Under the pieces are notes generated by a model that was not told the DNA's origin, ran no database searches, and saw only the letters and a program-made list of their open reading frames with translations. A stretch of 64,000 bases of DNA. Source: a virus. Its lineage: Duplodnaviria > Caudoviricetes. The first letter of the stretch is position 1, and the number at the start of each line of letters is the position of its first letter. This document shows, in pieces, positions 55,781-64,000 of this stretch. Made by a program: the position numbers and the translations under genes. Location: IMG/VR virus record IMGVR_UViG_3300021426_000071, positions 1 through 64,000 of that record; one strand, given 5' to 3'.

Positions 55781-58366
55781 ATCGGAGAATACGGATTAAA
55801 GATTCTTAATATTGCCGCAGCTTCGATCTACGAGATGAACTGCGGCGTTAGGGAAAACCTAGATACCACGGATGCAATGTTAACGAACTCGCTGTTTTTG
55901 GATTTCTTGTTAGAGAACGGACTTGACGTATGGAAAGACGCCTCAACCAGATCAATTGTTACTATCACATTTGACTATGGTTCTCGCAGCTACGAACAGG
56001 AAAGGAAACATCTCGAAAAGCTGCTGAAGGAAGCAGACACCGACGAGCGTAGAGAGAAAATCACCTCTCTGCTAATGACTGCCGAATCGAACAAGGATAA
56101 ATATCGCCGACTAACCAAGCAAGATCTAAGGACTTTGTACTACAGAGAAGGCGTTGATATCACTTACAACACTAGAAATCGGGCGGGGGAGGTTATTAAA
56201 ACTGAGACGCGGCATTATAAGATGCTGTATCGCACCCCCGGCAAAGCAAAGAAAGGTTTATGTACTTTTTGCGAAGATAAGATATATGATAAAGCTATAG
56301 ATTTTCTAAGAATGGGGTTGAGGTTGCCATATGACAACGCCCCGATTGTGGAAATCGGTGCCTACTCCTCTCTCATCACAAGTTCGATTGTGGGCAGAAT
56401 TAAGATCGAACCTGAGAATATTTTAATAATGGATGACTTCAAGGTTCCATTTATGACGGATGTTGTCAGTGTAGAGATGAATGAGGATAAGGAATGTATC
56501 GCAGTGCCACGAAAGAACTACGAGGTTACGAATGAACTCTGGGACGGACAGGCGCTGATCGACTCCAGTATTTTTCCAGCTTGGGCCGACGGCTATGTGT
56601 TACTCAGGCATCATATGACGAAGTGCGCGGCGTTCTGTACTCACATTCAAAGGTTCTTTAAAGATTACTGTGCAGAGCGGGGCGTTGATTATGACACATT
56701 TACTATTAAGGACAAATGGGGCAACGAGCATCTGGCGCGGGACGTCAAGCTGATCACGACAACGAACGCTTGTAAGTTTTTGAAGTTCGGCGTGTCATAC
56801 GAATACTGGTCAGATTGGGTAAAAAAGAATGGATGTCTTTTCGGAGTAGTAAAAACAGCACATCCGTCAAAACTGGGCGAGGTTCAGCAGATGTCTTACC
56901 AAATGATTAACACTCTAGGTATAGACACAATGCACGAGGTAGTCCGCCCAACTGCTGAGTACATACAGAAATTACAGACAGACGACAATGTCTTCTTGCA
57001 GTACCTTGAAAAGAATAAAAATTTCTCAAATGATTTTGAGGTGTTAATCGCGCTGGTTAACCATAATCCTGACTTTATTAGGAGCGAGTATTTTAAAGAG
57101 CGCCGCTCTCGTATTATCAGGGCTTATGTTGTTAATATGAAGACGGGTAAGCTGATACAGAATGCAGATAACCTTGTCATTGTTGGTTCTCCAGCATCAA
57201 TGTTGGAGAAGACTGTTGGCAAAGATCCGAGGGTAGATCCGACATTCGAGCATGAGGACGGGGTGATCCAGTGTTATACCGAGCGGTTTGAGGATGGGGA
57301 GTATCTGGCGTCGTTCCGCAGCCCGCATAATAGTTGTAATAATATCGGGTATTTACATAACCGCCATCATCCGTTTTTTAAGCGATACTTCAACTTTGGG
57401 AAGCAGATTATAGCGGTAAATATGAATGGCACAGACTTTCAGGATCGCCATAATGGAAGCGATCAGGACTCAGATACAGTCTATGTAACAAATCAGCCGG
57501 ATATAGTTGCACACGCCGGATACTGCTACCGCAACCACCACACTATAGTTAACAATATACCAAAAGAGTCGAAGACATATAAAAACACTCCAGAGGATTT
57601 TGCGACAGTAGATAATAAACTTGCCGCCAGTCAAAACGACATAGGAATTAGTTCGAATCAGGCAGCTATCTGTTTAACATATTCCTATAATTTTAACGAC
57701 AGTAAATTTTACGAATATATTTGTATATTATCAGTATTGGCCCAAGCGGCAATTGATTCCAGCAAAAGGGCTTACGCCGTAGATATTACATCGGAAATAA
57801 AGCGCATCAAACATGATATGGACATTAAGGAACATGGTTATCCGCGCTTCTGGCGCTGTATTCATCCAGAGTACCACGGCTATATAAATAACAGTCTCAA
57901 ATGTCCAATGAACGAAGTCACACAATTTAGAGCACAAAAGCCACATCATAATTCCAATCCAATATCAAATCGTCAATTTTTCATCAAACACGACCTTACA
58001 GAATCAAGGCGCAAATGCAAGCGCGTAGAAAACTTAATACAGAAATATTCTCTCGAACTTCTAGATTATAACAAGTCCGAGGATCGAGATTATGAAGAGT
58101 ATCTTTTACTGCGGCAGGATTTCGACAATCTGGTTGAGGATATACGAAGAATATATATCTCAAATAATTATCTTGGCCTGATGTCGTGGCTGATAGATCG
58201 GGCGCTGATTATCACACCAGAAGTCAGCAAAAATGCCGGACAGCTAAAATCGAGACTCAATAAGAATAGATCGTTACTATTAAAGGTGCTTTATGAAGTA
58301 AGCCCTAATCAGTTTTTGCAATGTTTCTATTCGAAAAGTGGTACACCTGACGCCAAGCGGCGTTAA
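55781..58366 (+). CDS. YonO-like single-subunit RNA polymerase
   Basis: WDGQ, YVLLR, MSYQ, FRSPH, NGSDQDSD, AIDSSKR; SPbeta-like position before HU and terminase; first ATG at 55835, frame open from ATC 55781. Confidence 0.8.
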   Translation: MGEYGLKILNIAAASIYEMNCGVRENLDTTDAMLTNSLFLDFLLENGLDVWKDASTRSIVTITFDYGSRSYEQERKHLEKLLKEADTDERREKITSLLMTAESNKDKYRRLTKQDLRTLYYREGVDITYNTRNRAGEVIKTETRHYKMLYRTPGKAKKGLCTFCEDKIYDKAIDFLRMGLRLPYDNAPIVEIGAYSSLITSSIVGRIKIEPENILIMDDFKVPFMTDVVSVEMNEDKECIAVPRKNYEVTNELWDGQALIDSSIFPAWADGYVLLRHHMTKCAAFCTHIQRFFKDYCAERGVDYDTFTIKDKWGNEHLARDVKLITTTNACKFLKFGVSYEYWSDWVKKNGCLFGVVKTAHPSKLGEVQQMSYQMINTLGIDTMHEVVRPTAEYIQKLQTDDNVFLQYLEKNKNFSNDFEVLIALVNHNPDFIRSEYFKERRSRIIRAYVVNMKTGKLIQNADNLVIVGSPASMLEKTVGKDPRVDPTFEHEDGVIQCYTERFEDGEYLASFRSPHNSCNNIGYLHNRHHPFFKRYFNFGKQIIAVNMNGTDFQDRHNGSDQDSDTVYVTNQPDIVAHAGYCYRNHHTIVNNIPKESKTYKNTPEDFATVDNKLAASQNDIGISSNQAAICLTYSYNFNDSKFYEYICILSVLAQAAIDSSKRAYAVDITSEIKRIKHDMDIKEHGYPRFWRCIHPEYHGYINNSLKCPMNEVTQFRAQKPHHNSNPISNRQFFIKHDLTESRRKCKRVENLIQKYSLELLDYNKSEDRDYEEYLLLRQDFDNLVEDIRRIYISNNYLGLMSWLIDRALIITPEVSKNAGQLKSRLNKNRSLLLKVLYEVSPNQFLQCFYSKSGTPDAKRR

Positions 58367-58467
58367 GTTTTGTACCAGAATCTGGGATAAAAAATATACC
58401 CCAAAATAAGACAGTAGTGAGAGAGACGGAATCCGCCTTTCTTAAGAATAAAAAGGAGAAAAATAGA

Positions 58468-58740
58468 ATGGTTAATAAGAAAGATTTTATTTCTAAAATT
58501 TCTGAGAAGTCTGGTTATACAAAGAAGGATATTGCGAATGTACTCTCCGCAATGGATGATTGCATTTTCGATATCGTCAAGAACGAGGATAGCGTGAGGC
58601 TCCTCAACGGAATTGTCGTTGGAGGCACCCATGTAGATACTTATAACAAGAAGCTTCCTAGTGGCGAGGTTGTTGAGGTTGCCGAGCACACGAGACCCGT
58701 TTTCAGATTTTCTACCACTTTTAAACAGGCGCTTAGATGA
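58468..58740 (+). CDS. HU-like DNA-binding protein
   Basis: NKKDFISKISEKSG.TKKD, PSGE.V, PVFRFS. Confidence 0.85.
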   Translation: MVNKKDFISKISEKSGYTKKDIANVLSAMDDCIFDIVKNEDSVRLLNGIVVGGTHVDTYNKKLPSGEVVEVAEHTRPVFRFSTTFKQALR

Positions 58741-59543
58741 TATATAAAGGCTATCGTATATTAAATGGTTCGTCCGAGGAAATTAACGACGTAATGTCGA
58801 ATATAGATTATTCGGACTGGAACGTGAACGAATATCTTCTTATCCAAAATACAGACGATGGATCGGAAAAGGAGATGCGCTTTGATGGGCGGCAATTTGT
58901 TGGGCTTAAGCTGCCGCCCTCCAAATATATTAAGGCAAAGAATGCATTACAGAGATGCGCTTTAGATATTCTTATGAATCCAGATATTACAGTTGCTGCA
59001 ATATTAGGAGGTTACGGAACTGGCAAAACCCGTTTAGCAATGTCTATGGCTCTTTATCATGTCAGAGAACGAGGAAATCAAGCTGCGATCTTAGGTGTTA
59101 GAGAGCCGACTGGTGAAGGAGAAGACATAGGATATCTGCCCGGTTCAGCCGAAGATAAGACTAATTATTTCTTTGCCCCTCTTACTCAGCAGTTAGATGG
59201 CGGGGAGTTCGAACTTGAAAGCTTAAAACAGCGTGGAGTGTTAGACACAATGATTCCTCGGTTTATGAAGGGCATGACTTATAACGACACTATTATTGTA
59301 TGTGATGAGGCCGAGGATTTTAGTAAAAGCGTCTTGAGATTAGTTGGCACGAGAGTTGGAAGAAATAGTCGGATATTTATGGCTGGCGATTATAAACAAT
59401 CTTTGACAGATCGAAGCATTAGTAATCCGTTAATTTTAATGTGTAATGCATTTAAAGGAGATTCCCGATTTGGGTGTATCTATATGGAGGAAGATGTGAG
59501 GTCTGATACTTCTAAAATGTTTGCAGATTTGTTTCAAGATTAA
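58737..59543 (+). CDS. phoH: PhoH family ATPase
   Basis: GGYGTGKT, IGYLPG, MKGMT, DEAE, TRVG, GDYKQ, VRS. Confidence 0.88.
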   Translation: MIYKGYRILNGSSEEINDVMSNIDYSDWNVNEYLLIQNTDDGSEKEMRFDGRQFVGLKLPPSKYIKAKNALQRCALDILMNPDITVAAILGGYGTGKTRLAMSMALYHVRERGNQAAILGVREPTGEGEDIGYLPGSAEDKTNYFFAPLTQQLDGGEFELESLKQRGVLDTMIPRFMKGMTYNDTIIVCDEAEDFSKSVLRLVGTRVGRNSRIFMAGDYKQSLTDRSISNPLILMCNAFKGDSRFGCIYMEEDVRSDTSKMFADLFQD

Positions 59544-59554
59544 CGAGGAATAAC

Positions 59555-60145
59555 ATGGAACTTATACCTATTGCACTGAGTGATTTGCTGGACTCGAGTC
59601 TTCCTGATCCCGTAGATTACGCATATTATAACGGACTTACGGAACGTAAGATTATTATTAATTCTCAGATTAGCGACGACCTTCTGGAGGTAGCAATTCT
59701 TCCGTATATTCAGATGGATAACGACGGAAGCGGTGAGCCAATCGAGATTATTATTTCAACGGTGGGCGGCGATATTTATAGCGGCTTTAATCTGGTAGAT
59801 CAGATTGAGAAGGCTAAGACTCCAACCACAATTCATATTATGGCTATGGCAGCTTCAATGGGGACGCTGATTGCAATGGCTGGGAAGAATAACCCGAATG
59901 TGAAGACCGTGTGTCATCCGTTCAGTGTTGGTCTGATCCACAGTGGTTCCCAGTATATGGAAGGATCTGCCCATGCCGTAAAAGATACGTTTGATTTCAC
60001 ACAGCATTACGAGGAAAAGATTAAGGCGTATATCCTCTCCCACTCCAATATTGACGAGGATTACTACGAAAAGATTGAGCGGAAGGAGCTTTGGCTCGAC
60101 GCTGACGAAATGCTGAGACTTGGAATTGTTGACGAGATTATTTGA
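59555..60145 (+). CDS. ClpP-like protease
   Basis: ISTVGG, AASMG, LIH, WLDADE..LGIVDEII. Confidence 0.85.
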   Translation: MELIPIALSDLLDSSLPDPVDYAYYNGLTERKIIINSQISDDLLEVAILPYIQMDNDGSGEPIEIIISTVGGDIYSGFNLVDQIEKAKTPTTIHIMAMAASMGTLIAMAGKNNPNVKTVCHPFSVGLIHSGSQYMEGSAHAVKDTFDFTQHYEEKIKAYILSHSNIDEDYYEKIERKELWLDADEMLRLGIVDEII

Positions 60146-60186
60146 TAACAGGGCGGCTTAATGCCGCCCAATTGGAGAAAATAGAG

Positions 60187-60354
60187 ATGAAGAAAAAGAA
60201 TCTAATGAAGCTTCAGGAAAAGTATAGAAAAGATTATCAGATGCAGGATCTGATTGCCCGGACTCAGAAGGTAAAACCTTATGTAGATCAGGAGCTTAGC
60301 AAGGCCATGTGGGGAACCGACGCGTCGATTCGCAAGGAGTCAAAACATGAGTGA
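60187..60354 (+). CDS. small hypothetical protein
   Basis: ATG after GGAG. Confidence 0.55.
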   Translation: MKKKNLMKLQEKYRKDYQMQDLIARTQKVKPYVDQELSKAMWGTDASIRKESKHE

Positions 60355-61534
60355 GTATAAGCGATTCGAGGGAGAGTCCGACGAGGAACTGATCTTTCGA
60401 ATCTGTTCAGATAAAGAGAGTATCGGCAGCTGGGATCAGGTGAAAGATATTCTTAATAAGCTTCTGGATAAGGATTACGGTGAAAGTACATACCGCAAGA
60501 AGTTCGCCGCTTTTAATAAAATGTTTCTTGCTAATCGGTCGCGCTTTATTGATTCGGACAAACAGCTGGAGGCGCTGCGCGAGGAAGAACGCCGACTGGA
60601 AATTGAAAAGATTAAATTCCGCGACGAGCGTAACGCGTGGAGCGCACAAAACCGAATTCAGGCAAGAGCCGAAGCTAAACTAGATAACATTGAAGACGCC
60701 CTATGTGATATGGGGCGTATTTATTTTCCAGAACATCCCGCTCCAACTGTGACCAATGCTGATAGAACAATCTTGATTATGCTTAACGATCTTCATATTG
60801 GTGCCACGTTTGATAATTTCTTTGGCAAGTACGATCTTGATACAGCTAGGAATCGACTTGGGCAGCTACTCGAGGAAGTGAAAATTATTGCAAAGAGGCA
60901 TGATGCAGATGAATGCTATGTTAGTCTCGGCGGTGATGCTATCAGCGGTAATATTCATCTGAATCTTCGGATTACAAATCGAGAGAATGTTATTTCACAG
61001 ATTAAGCGATGTTCGGAATTAGTCGCTTCATTTTGTTATGAACTGACAAAAATATTTTCTACTGTCAACCTTGTCAGTGTTGATGGTAACCATTCCAGAA
61101 TTGACAAGAAGGAAGAAGCGATGGGCGAAGAACGGCTGGACTCGCTTATTCCTTGGGCTGTCAGTATGGCGCTTCACGAGGTGGAAAATTTTAAATATAT
61201 ACAAGATAACAATATTAATAATGGGATAGCGCTTATTAATATTCGCGGCAAATATTACATCAGTGTTCATGGCGATTATGACTCATTTAATAAGGCTGGA
61301 GTACAGAATCTAATTACAATGATTCGCGTTGTACCTTATGGGATCCTGTTCGGTCATAAACATTATTGCGCAATTGAGGAATGTAATGGCGTAAAGATGA
61401 TTCAGGGCGGCGCACTTTGTGGAAGCGGCGACGAGTTTACCGTTGAAAAACGAATTCGCGGCAAGGCCAGCCAAATGGTGTGTGTCTGCTCTCCTGATGG
61501 AATAGAGGCGTATTATCCTGTTGAACTGGATTAA
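60347..61534 (+). CDS. calcineurin-like metallophosphoesterase (YonJ-like)
   Basis: DLHIG, GD, GNH, HGD, GHKH. Confidence 0.85.
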   Translation: MSEYKRFEGESDEELIFRICSDKESIGSWDQVKDILNKLLDKDYGESTYRKKFAAFNKMFLANRSRFIDSDKQLEALREEERRLEIEKIKFRDERNAWSAQNRIQARAEAKLDNIEDALCDMGRIYFPEHPAPTVTNADRTILIMLNDLHIGATFDNFFGKYDLDTARNRLGQLLEEVKIIAKRHDADECYVSLGGDAISGNIHLNLRITNRENVISQIKRCSELVASFCYELTKIFSTVNLVSVDGNHSRIDKKEEAMGEERLDSLIPWAVSMALHEVENFKYIQDNNINNGIALINIRGKYYISVHGDYDSFNKAGVQNLITMIRVVPYGILFGHKHYCAIEECNGVKMIQGGALCGSGDEFTVEKRIRGKASQMVCVCSPDGIEAYYPVELD

Positions 61535-61547
61535 AGGAGAATAAATA

Positions 61548-62828
61548 GTGGCTACGGCAAAAAGAATGTCCACTACGGCAAAGGCTTCCGGGTCGAAGAA
61601 ACCTATTGCTCAGGTTCGTGCCGAGAATGAGAAGCTTCGCGCTGAAAATGAGAAATTAAAAGGAAGTGCATATTGCCGTATGTGTGATTCCATTAAAACA
61701 AAAGATAAATTTTATGTAAGTACCGATCCGATGTGTAAAGGTGGGGTAACTCCTATTTGCAAAGAGTGCGCTCGCAAAATTGCGCTAAGGGTCGATAGAG
61801 TTGGTGGACTACATGAACCAACTAAAGATTCCGTTATTCTTGCAATGAGATATTTAGATAAACCGTTTCTTGAAAGTGTATGGAACTCAAGCATACAAGA
61901 GTCTGAAAATCTTAATGGCGGACAAGTCAAATCAAACCCATACGAGGCATATGTGAAGAATATTGCGATGATGCAGCATAATGGGAAGACATATAAAGAT
62001 TCTGACATGTTTAAAGAAACCATTATTTATGATGATGAAAAATCGCCACAGGAACTCGTCGAGGAACACAACGGTCAGGATACTTACGACTCGTATCTGA
62101 AAAATAAACAAGATGTAATAAGATTGCTGGACTATGATCCGTTCGAGGAAGAACCGATCAAAGACCAGCCATTTTTATATTCTCAACTGCTTGGAATGCT
62201 TGATTCTTCTGAGGATGCCAATGAGGATATGATGAGAGTTTCTTCTGCAATACAGATTGTGCGCGGTTTTCTTCAGCAGTCAAAAATTGATAATGCGATT
62301 GCAAAATTAATGGGTGATGTTACTGCCGTTCAGGAGAACTCTGGAACTATTAAGTCTTTACAGGATAGTAAACAGAAGCTAACAAGTATGATTACTAACT
62401 TGGCGGCTGAAAGCTGTTTGAGTTTGAAGAATAGCAAAACTAAAACAAAGGGCGAAGATACCTTTACTGGCAGGCTGCGCAAAATCAGAGAGCTTAACCT
62501 TCGAGATTCTGAGTTAAACGGATACGATATTGAAACGTGCAAAGGAATGCAACAGGTTGCCGACGCCAGCATGGAGGCAATTATAAAAGGTCTCCGGCTA
62601 TCTGAGGACGAGATGTCAGATATAGTTGCTGCTCAGAGAAGAAAGATTGGCGAGATGGATTTGCAGACCAAATCATATAAAGAGGCAGTAAGAATTCTTC
62701 TGAAAGAAAACCTTGATCTTAGAGATGCGCTTGATAATTTAGGCGGTTTGCAAAGCGGCCTAATTAACCTTGATGATTTGGTTAGCACCTATATTGTTGC
62801 GGCTCAAGAGGTGACTCCAAGTGAATAA
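61548..62828 (+). CDS. Zn-finger protein preceding terminase (YonG-like; possible small subunit)
   Basis: CRMC..FY..PICKEC, LDKPFL; position. Confidence 0.65.
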   Translation: MATAKRMSTTAKASGSKKPIAQVRAENEKLRAENEKLKGSAYCRMCDSIKTKDKFYVSTDPMCKGGVTPICKECARKIALRVDRVGGLHEPTKDSVILAMRYLDKPFLESVWNSSIQESENLNGGQVKSNPYEAYVKNIAMMQHNGKTYKDSDMFKETIIYDDEKSPQELVEEHNGQDTYDSYLKNKQDVIRLLDYDPFEEEPIKDQPFLYSQLLGMLDSSEDANEDMMRVSSAIQIVRGFLQQSKIDNAIAKLMGDVTAVQENSGTIKSLQDSKQKLTSMITNLAAESCLSLKNSKTKTKGEDTFTGRLRKIRELNLRDSELNGYDIETCKGMQQVADASMEAIIKGLRLSEDEMSDIVAAQRRKIGEMDLQTKSYKEAVRILLKENLDLRDALDNLGGLQSGLINLDDLVSTYIVAAQEVTPSE

Positions 62829-64000
62829 TTATAATGTATGTTATGATGACAAGATTGCGAACCAATGTATTTATGGGAGCGATTTTGTCAAAGAAATTCT
62901 TGGGATTGAAAATCATCATAATGATATATTTGCACCGCAACGAGAATATCCGATTAGCAATAAAAAGCTTGAGGGATTCATACGTCTTAACGAGGAACGG
63001 AATTATTATCAGCAAAATCCTGTTAAATTCTATGAGGATTTTTTCAGAATACAGCTATTAGATTCACAGGCGTACCTCATGCAGTCTGCATGGCCCACAA
63101 AGAACGTCGTTGTGTGCGCTAGTCGTGCTTGGGGAAAATCACTATGGATAGTGCTCTTCATCATGGGAAAGCAAATGTTATCCAGCGAACCTTGGAATTG
63201 TTATATCGCGTCTGGGTCAAGCCAACAATCTGCTACAACTTTCAGAAAGCTGGAAGATGTTGCGAATGATCGAATTTCCAGTTTGAGAGGATCGACTGGA
63301 AAAATATTTAAAAACGAGGTTGTTGTAAACGCCGCTGCCGGAGATGGCTTTAGCCATAATCCATCTGGATTCGAATATAAAGTTTATAACGATGCTTTTA
63401 CAAGAACTCTTTCGTCGAACGTAGATCGCGCCAGAGGTGCAAGAAGTGATTGTGTCGTATTTGATGAATGCGGCTTCTTGGATGGGAATTTAATCGAAGT
63501 TTATAAAGCATTCTGTGCTGTTGATAATACGTTTGCTACTGGTTTTGATGAAAATGGAAACAGTATAGATATGGTCAGATTGATGGCTATGCCACAATCG
63601 CCGCCAAAGCAATTAATATATGTTTCCTCTGCGTCAAGTGTTGATACAGAATTTTACAAAATATACAGGGATTATAGCAAACAGATGATCGCTGGTGATC
63701 CAGATTATTTCGTTGCCAATATAGATTGCGAACTTGCTATGAGGCCGACAATTCACAATGTGCCGACTGTGTCTGCTCTTACGAGGGATATGATTGAAGC
63801 AACTATGCGAACCAATCCCATTAAGGGGCGCAGAGAATATTATTGTGAGTTTTCTGAAGACGCCGGGGCAGACGCAATTATAAAGCGCGGTGTTATTACG
63901 AGGAATGAGGAGACTCGTGTCCCACTTCTTTATAATGATACTGGCGAGAAGAGATTTATCTTGGCATATGACCCGGCTAGAAGTATGGATAACTCGGTTA
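62821..64000 (+). CDS. terL: terminase large subunit (truncated by window end)
   Basis: Absent from the ORF track; GTG start, ASRAWGKS, RGARS..VFDE, IYVSSA, AYDPAR. Confidence 0.9.
   Translation, partial: MNNYNVCYDDKIANQCIYGSDFVKEILGIENHHNDIFAPQREYPISNKKLEGFIRLNEERNYYQQNPVKFYEDFFRIQLLDSQAYLMQSAWPTKNVVVCASRAWGKSLWIVLFIMGKQMLSSEPWNCYIASGSSQQSATTFRKLEDVANDRISSLRGSTGKIFKNEVVVNAAAGDGFSHNPSGFEYKVYNDAFTRTLSSNVDRARGARSDCVVFDECGFLDGNLIEVYKAFCAVDNTFATGFDENGNSIDMVRLMAMPQSPPKQLIYVSSASSVDTEFYKIYRDYSKQMIAGDPDYFVANIDCELAMRPTIHNVPTVSALTRDMIEATMRTNPIKGRREYYCEFSEDAGADAIIKRGVITRNEETRVPLLYNDTGEKRFILAYDPARSMDNSV

Noticed and set aside
62834-63061. 75-aa ORF in the track
   Set aside because: Out-of-frame overlap with the terminase ORF starting at 62821
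1-64000. Stop-codon reassignment
   Set aside because: Large genes are intact under code 11 and TAA, TGA and TAG all terminate plausible genes

Overview
The window is a 64-kb internal segment of a large tailed phage or prophage of a Firmicutes (probably Clostridia-type) host, with SPbeta-like organisation. Positions 1-52.3 kb are transcribed leftward (minus strand). Reading along the window, this arm holds: a tRNA/tRNA-like/ncRNA array with two paralogous coiled-coil genes (1-2.4 kb); nucleotide metabolism genes (dUTPase, NrdG, NrdD, glutaredoxin, ThyX); an integrase-fold repressor candidate beside a LexA-box gene; a shuffled block of small Zn-finger genes; a replisome (DnaE, nuclease, primase, DnaB, SSB, AAA ATPase); a tyrosine recombinase; and a long, visibly GC-richer array of small early genes (ArdC, gp88-like, SprT, multi-HTH, M28 peptidase, JAB). 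An AT-rich palindromic non-coding switch region lies at about 52.3-53.2 kb. The rightward arm encodes IscS, an HD protein, a YonO-like single-subunit RNA polymerase, HU, PhoH, a ClpP-like protein, a metallophosphoesterase and the terminase large subunit, which is cut by the window end. The most unusual signal is a stem-closed 299-nt ncRNA candidate containing 14 consecutive UANNNAN heptamers. It lies next to a second stem-closed RNA and directly downstream of two DIP1984-like coiled-coil genes. Other notable signals are a family of degenerate tRNA mimics, a phage-specific AGGG box in fixed register inside sigma-A promoters, and two dispersed CCCGA-based palindrome families. All family assignments come from motif recognition by eye; no searches were run.
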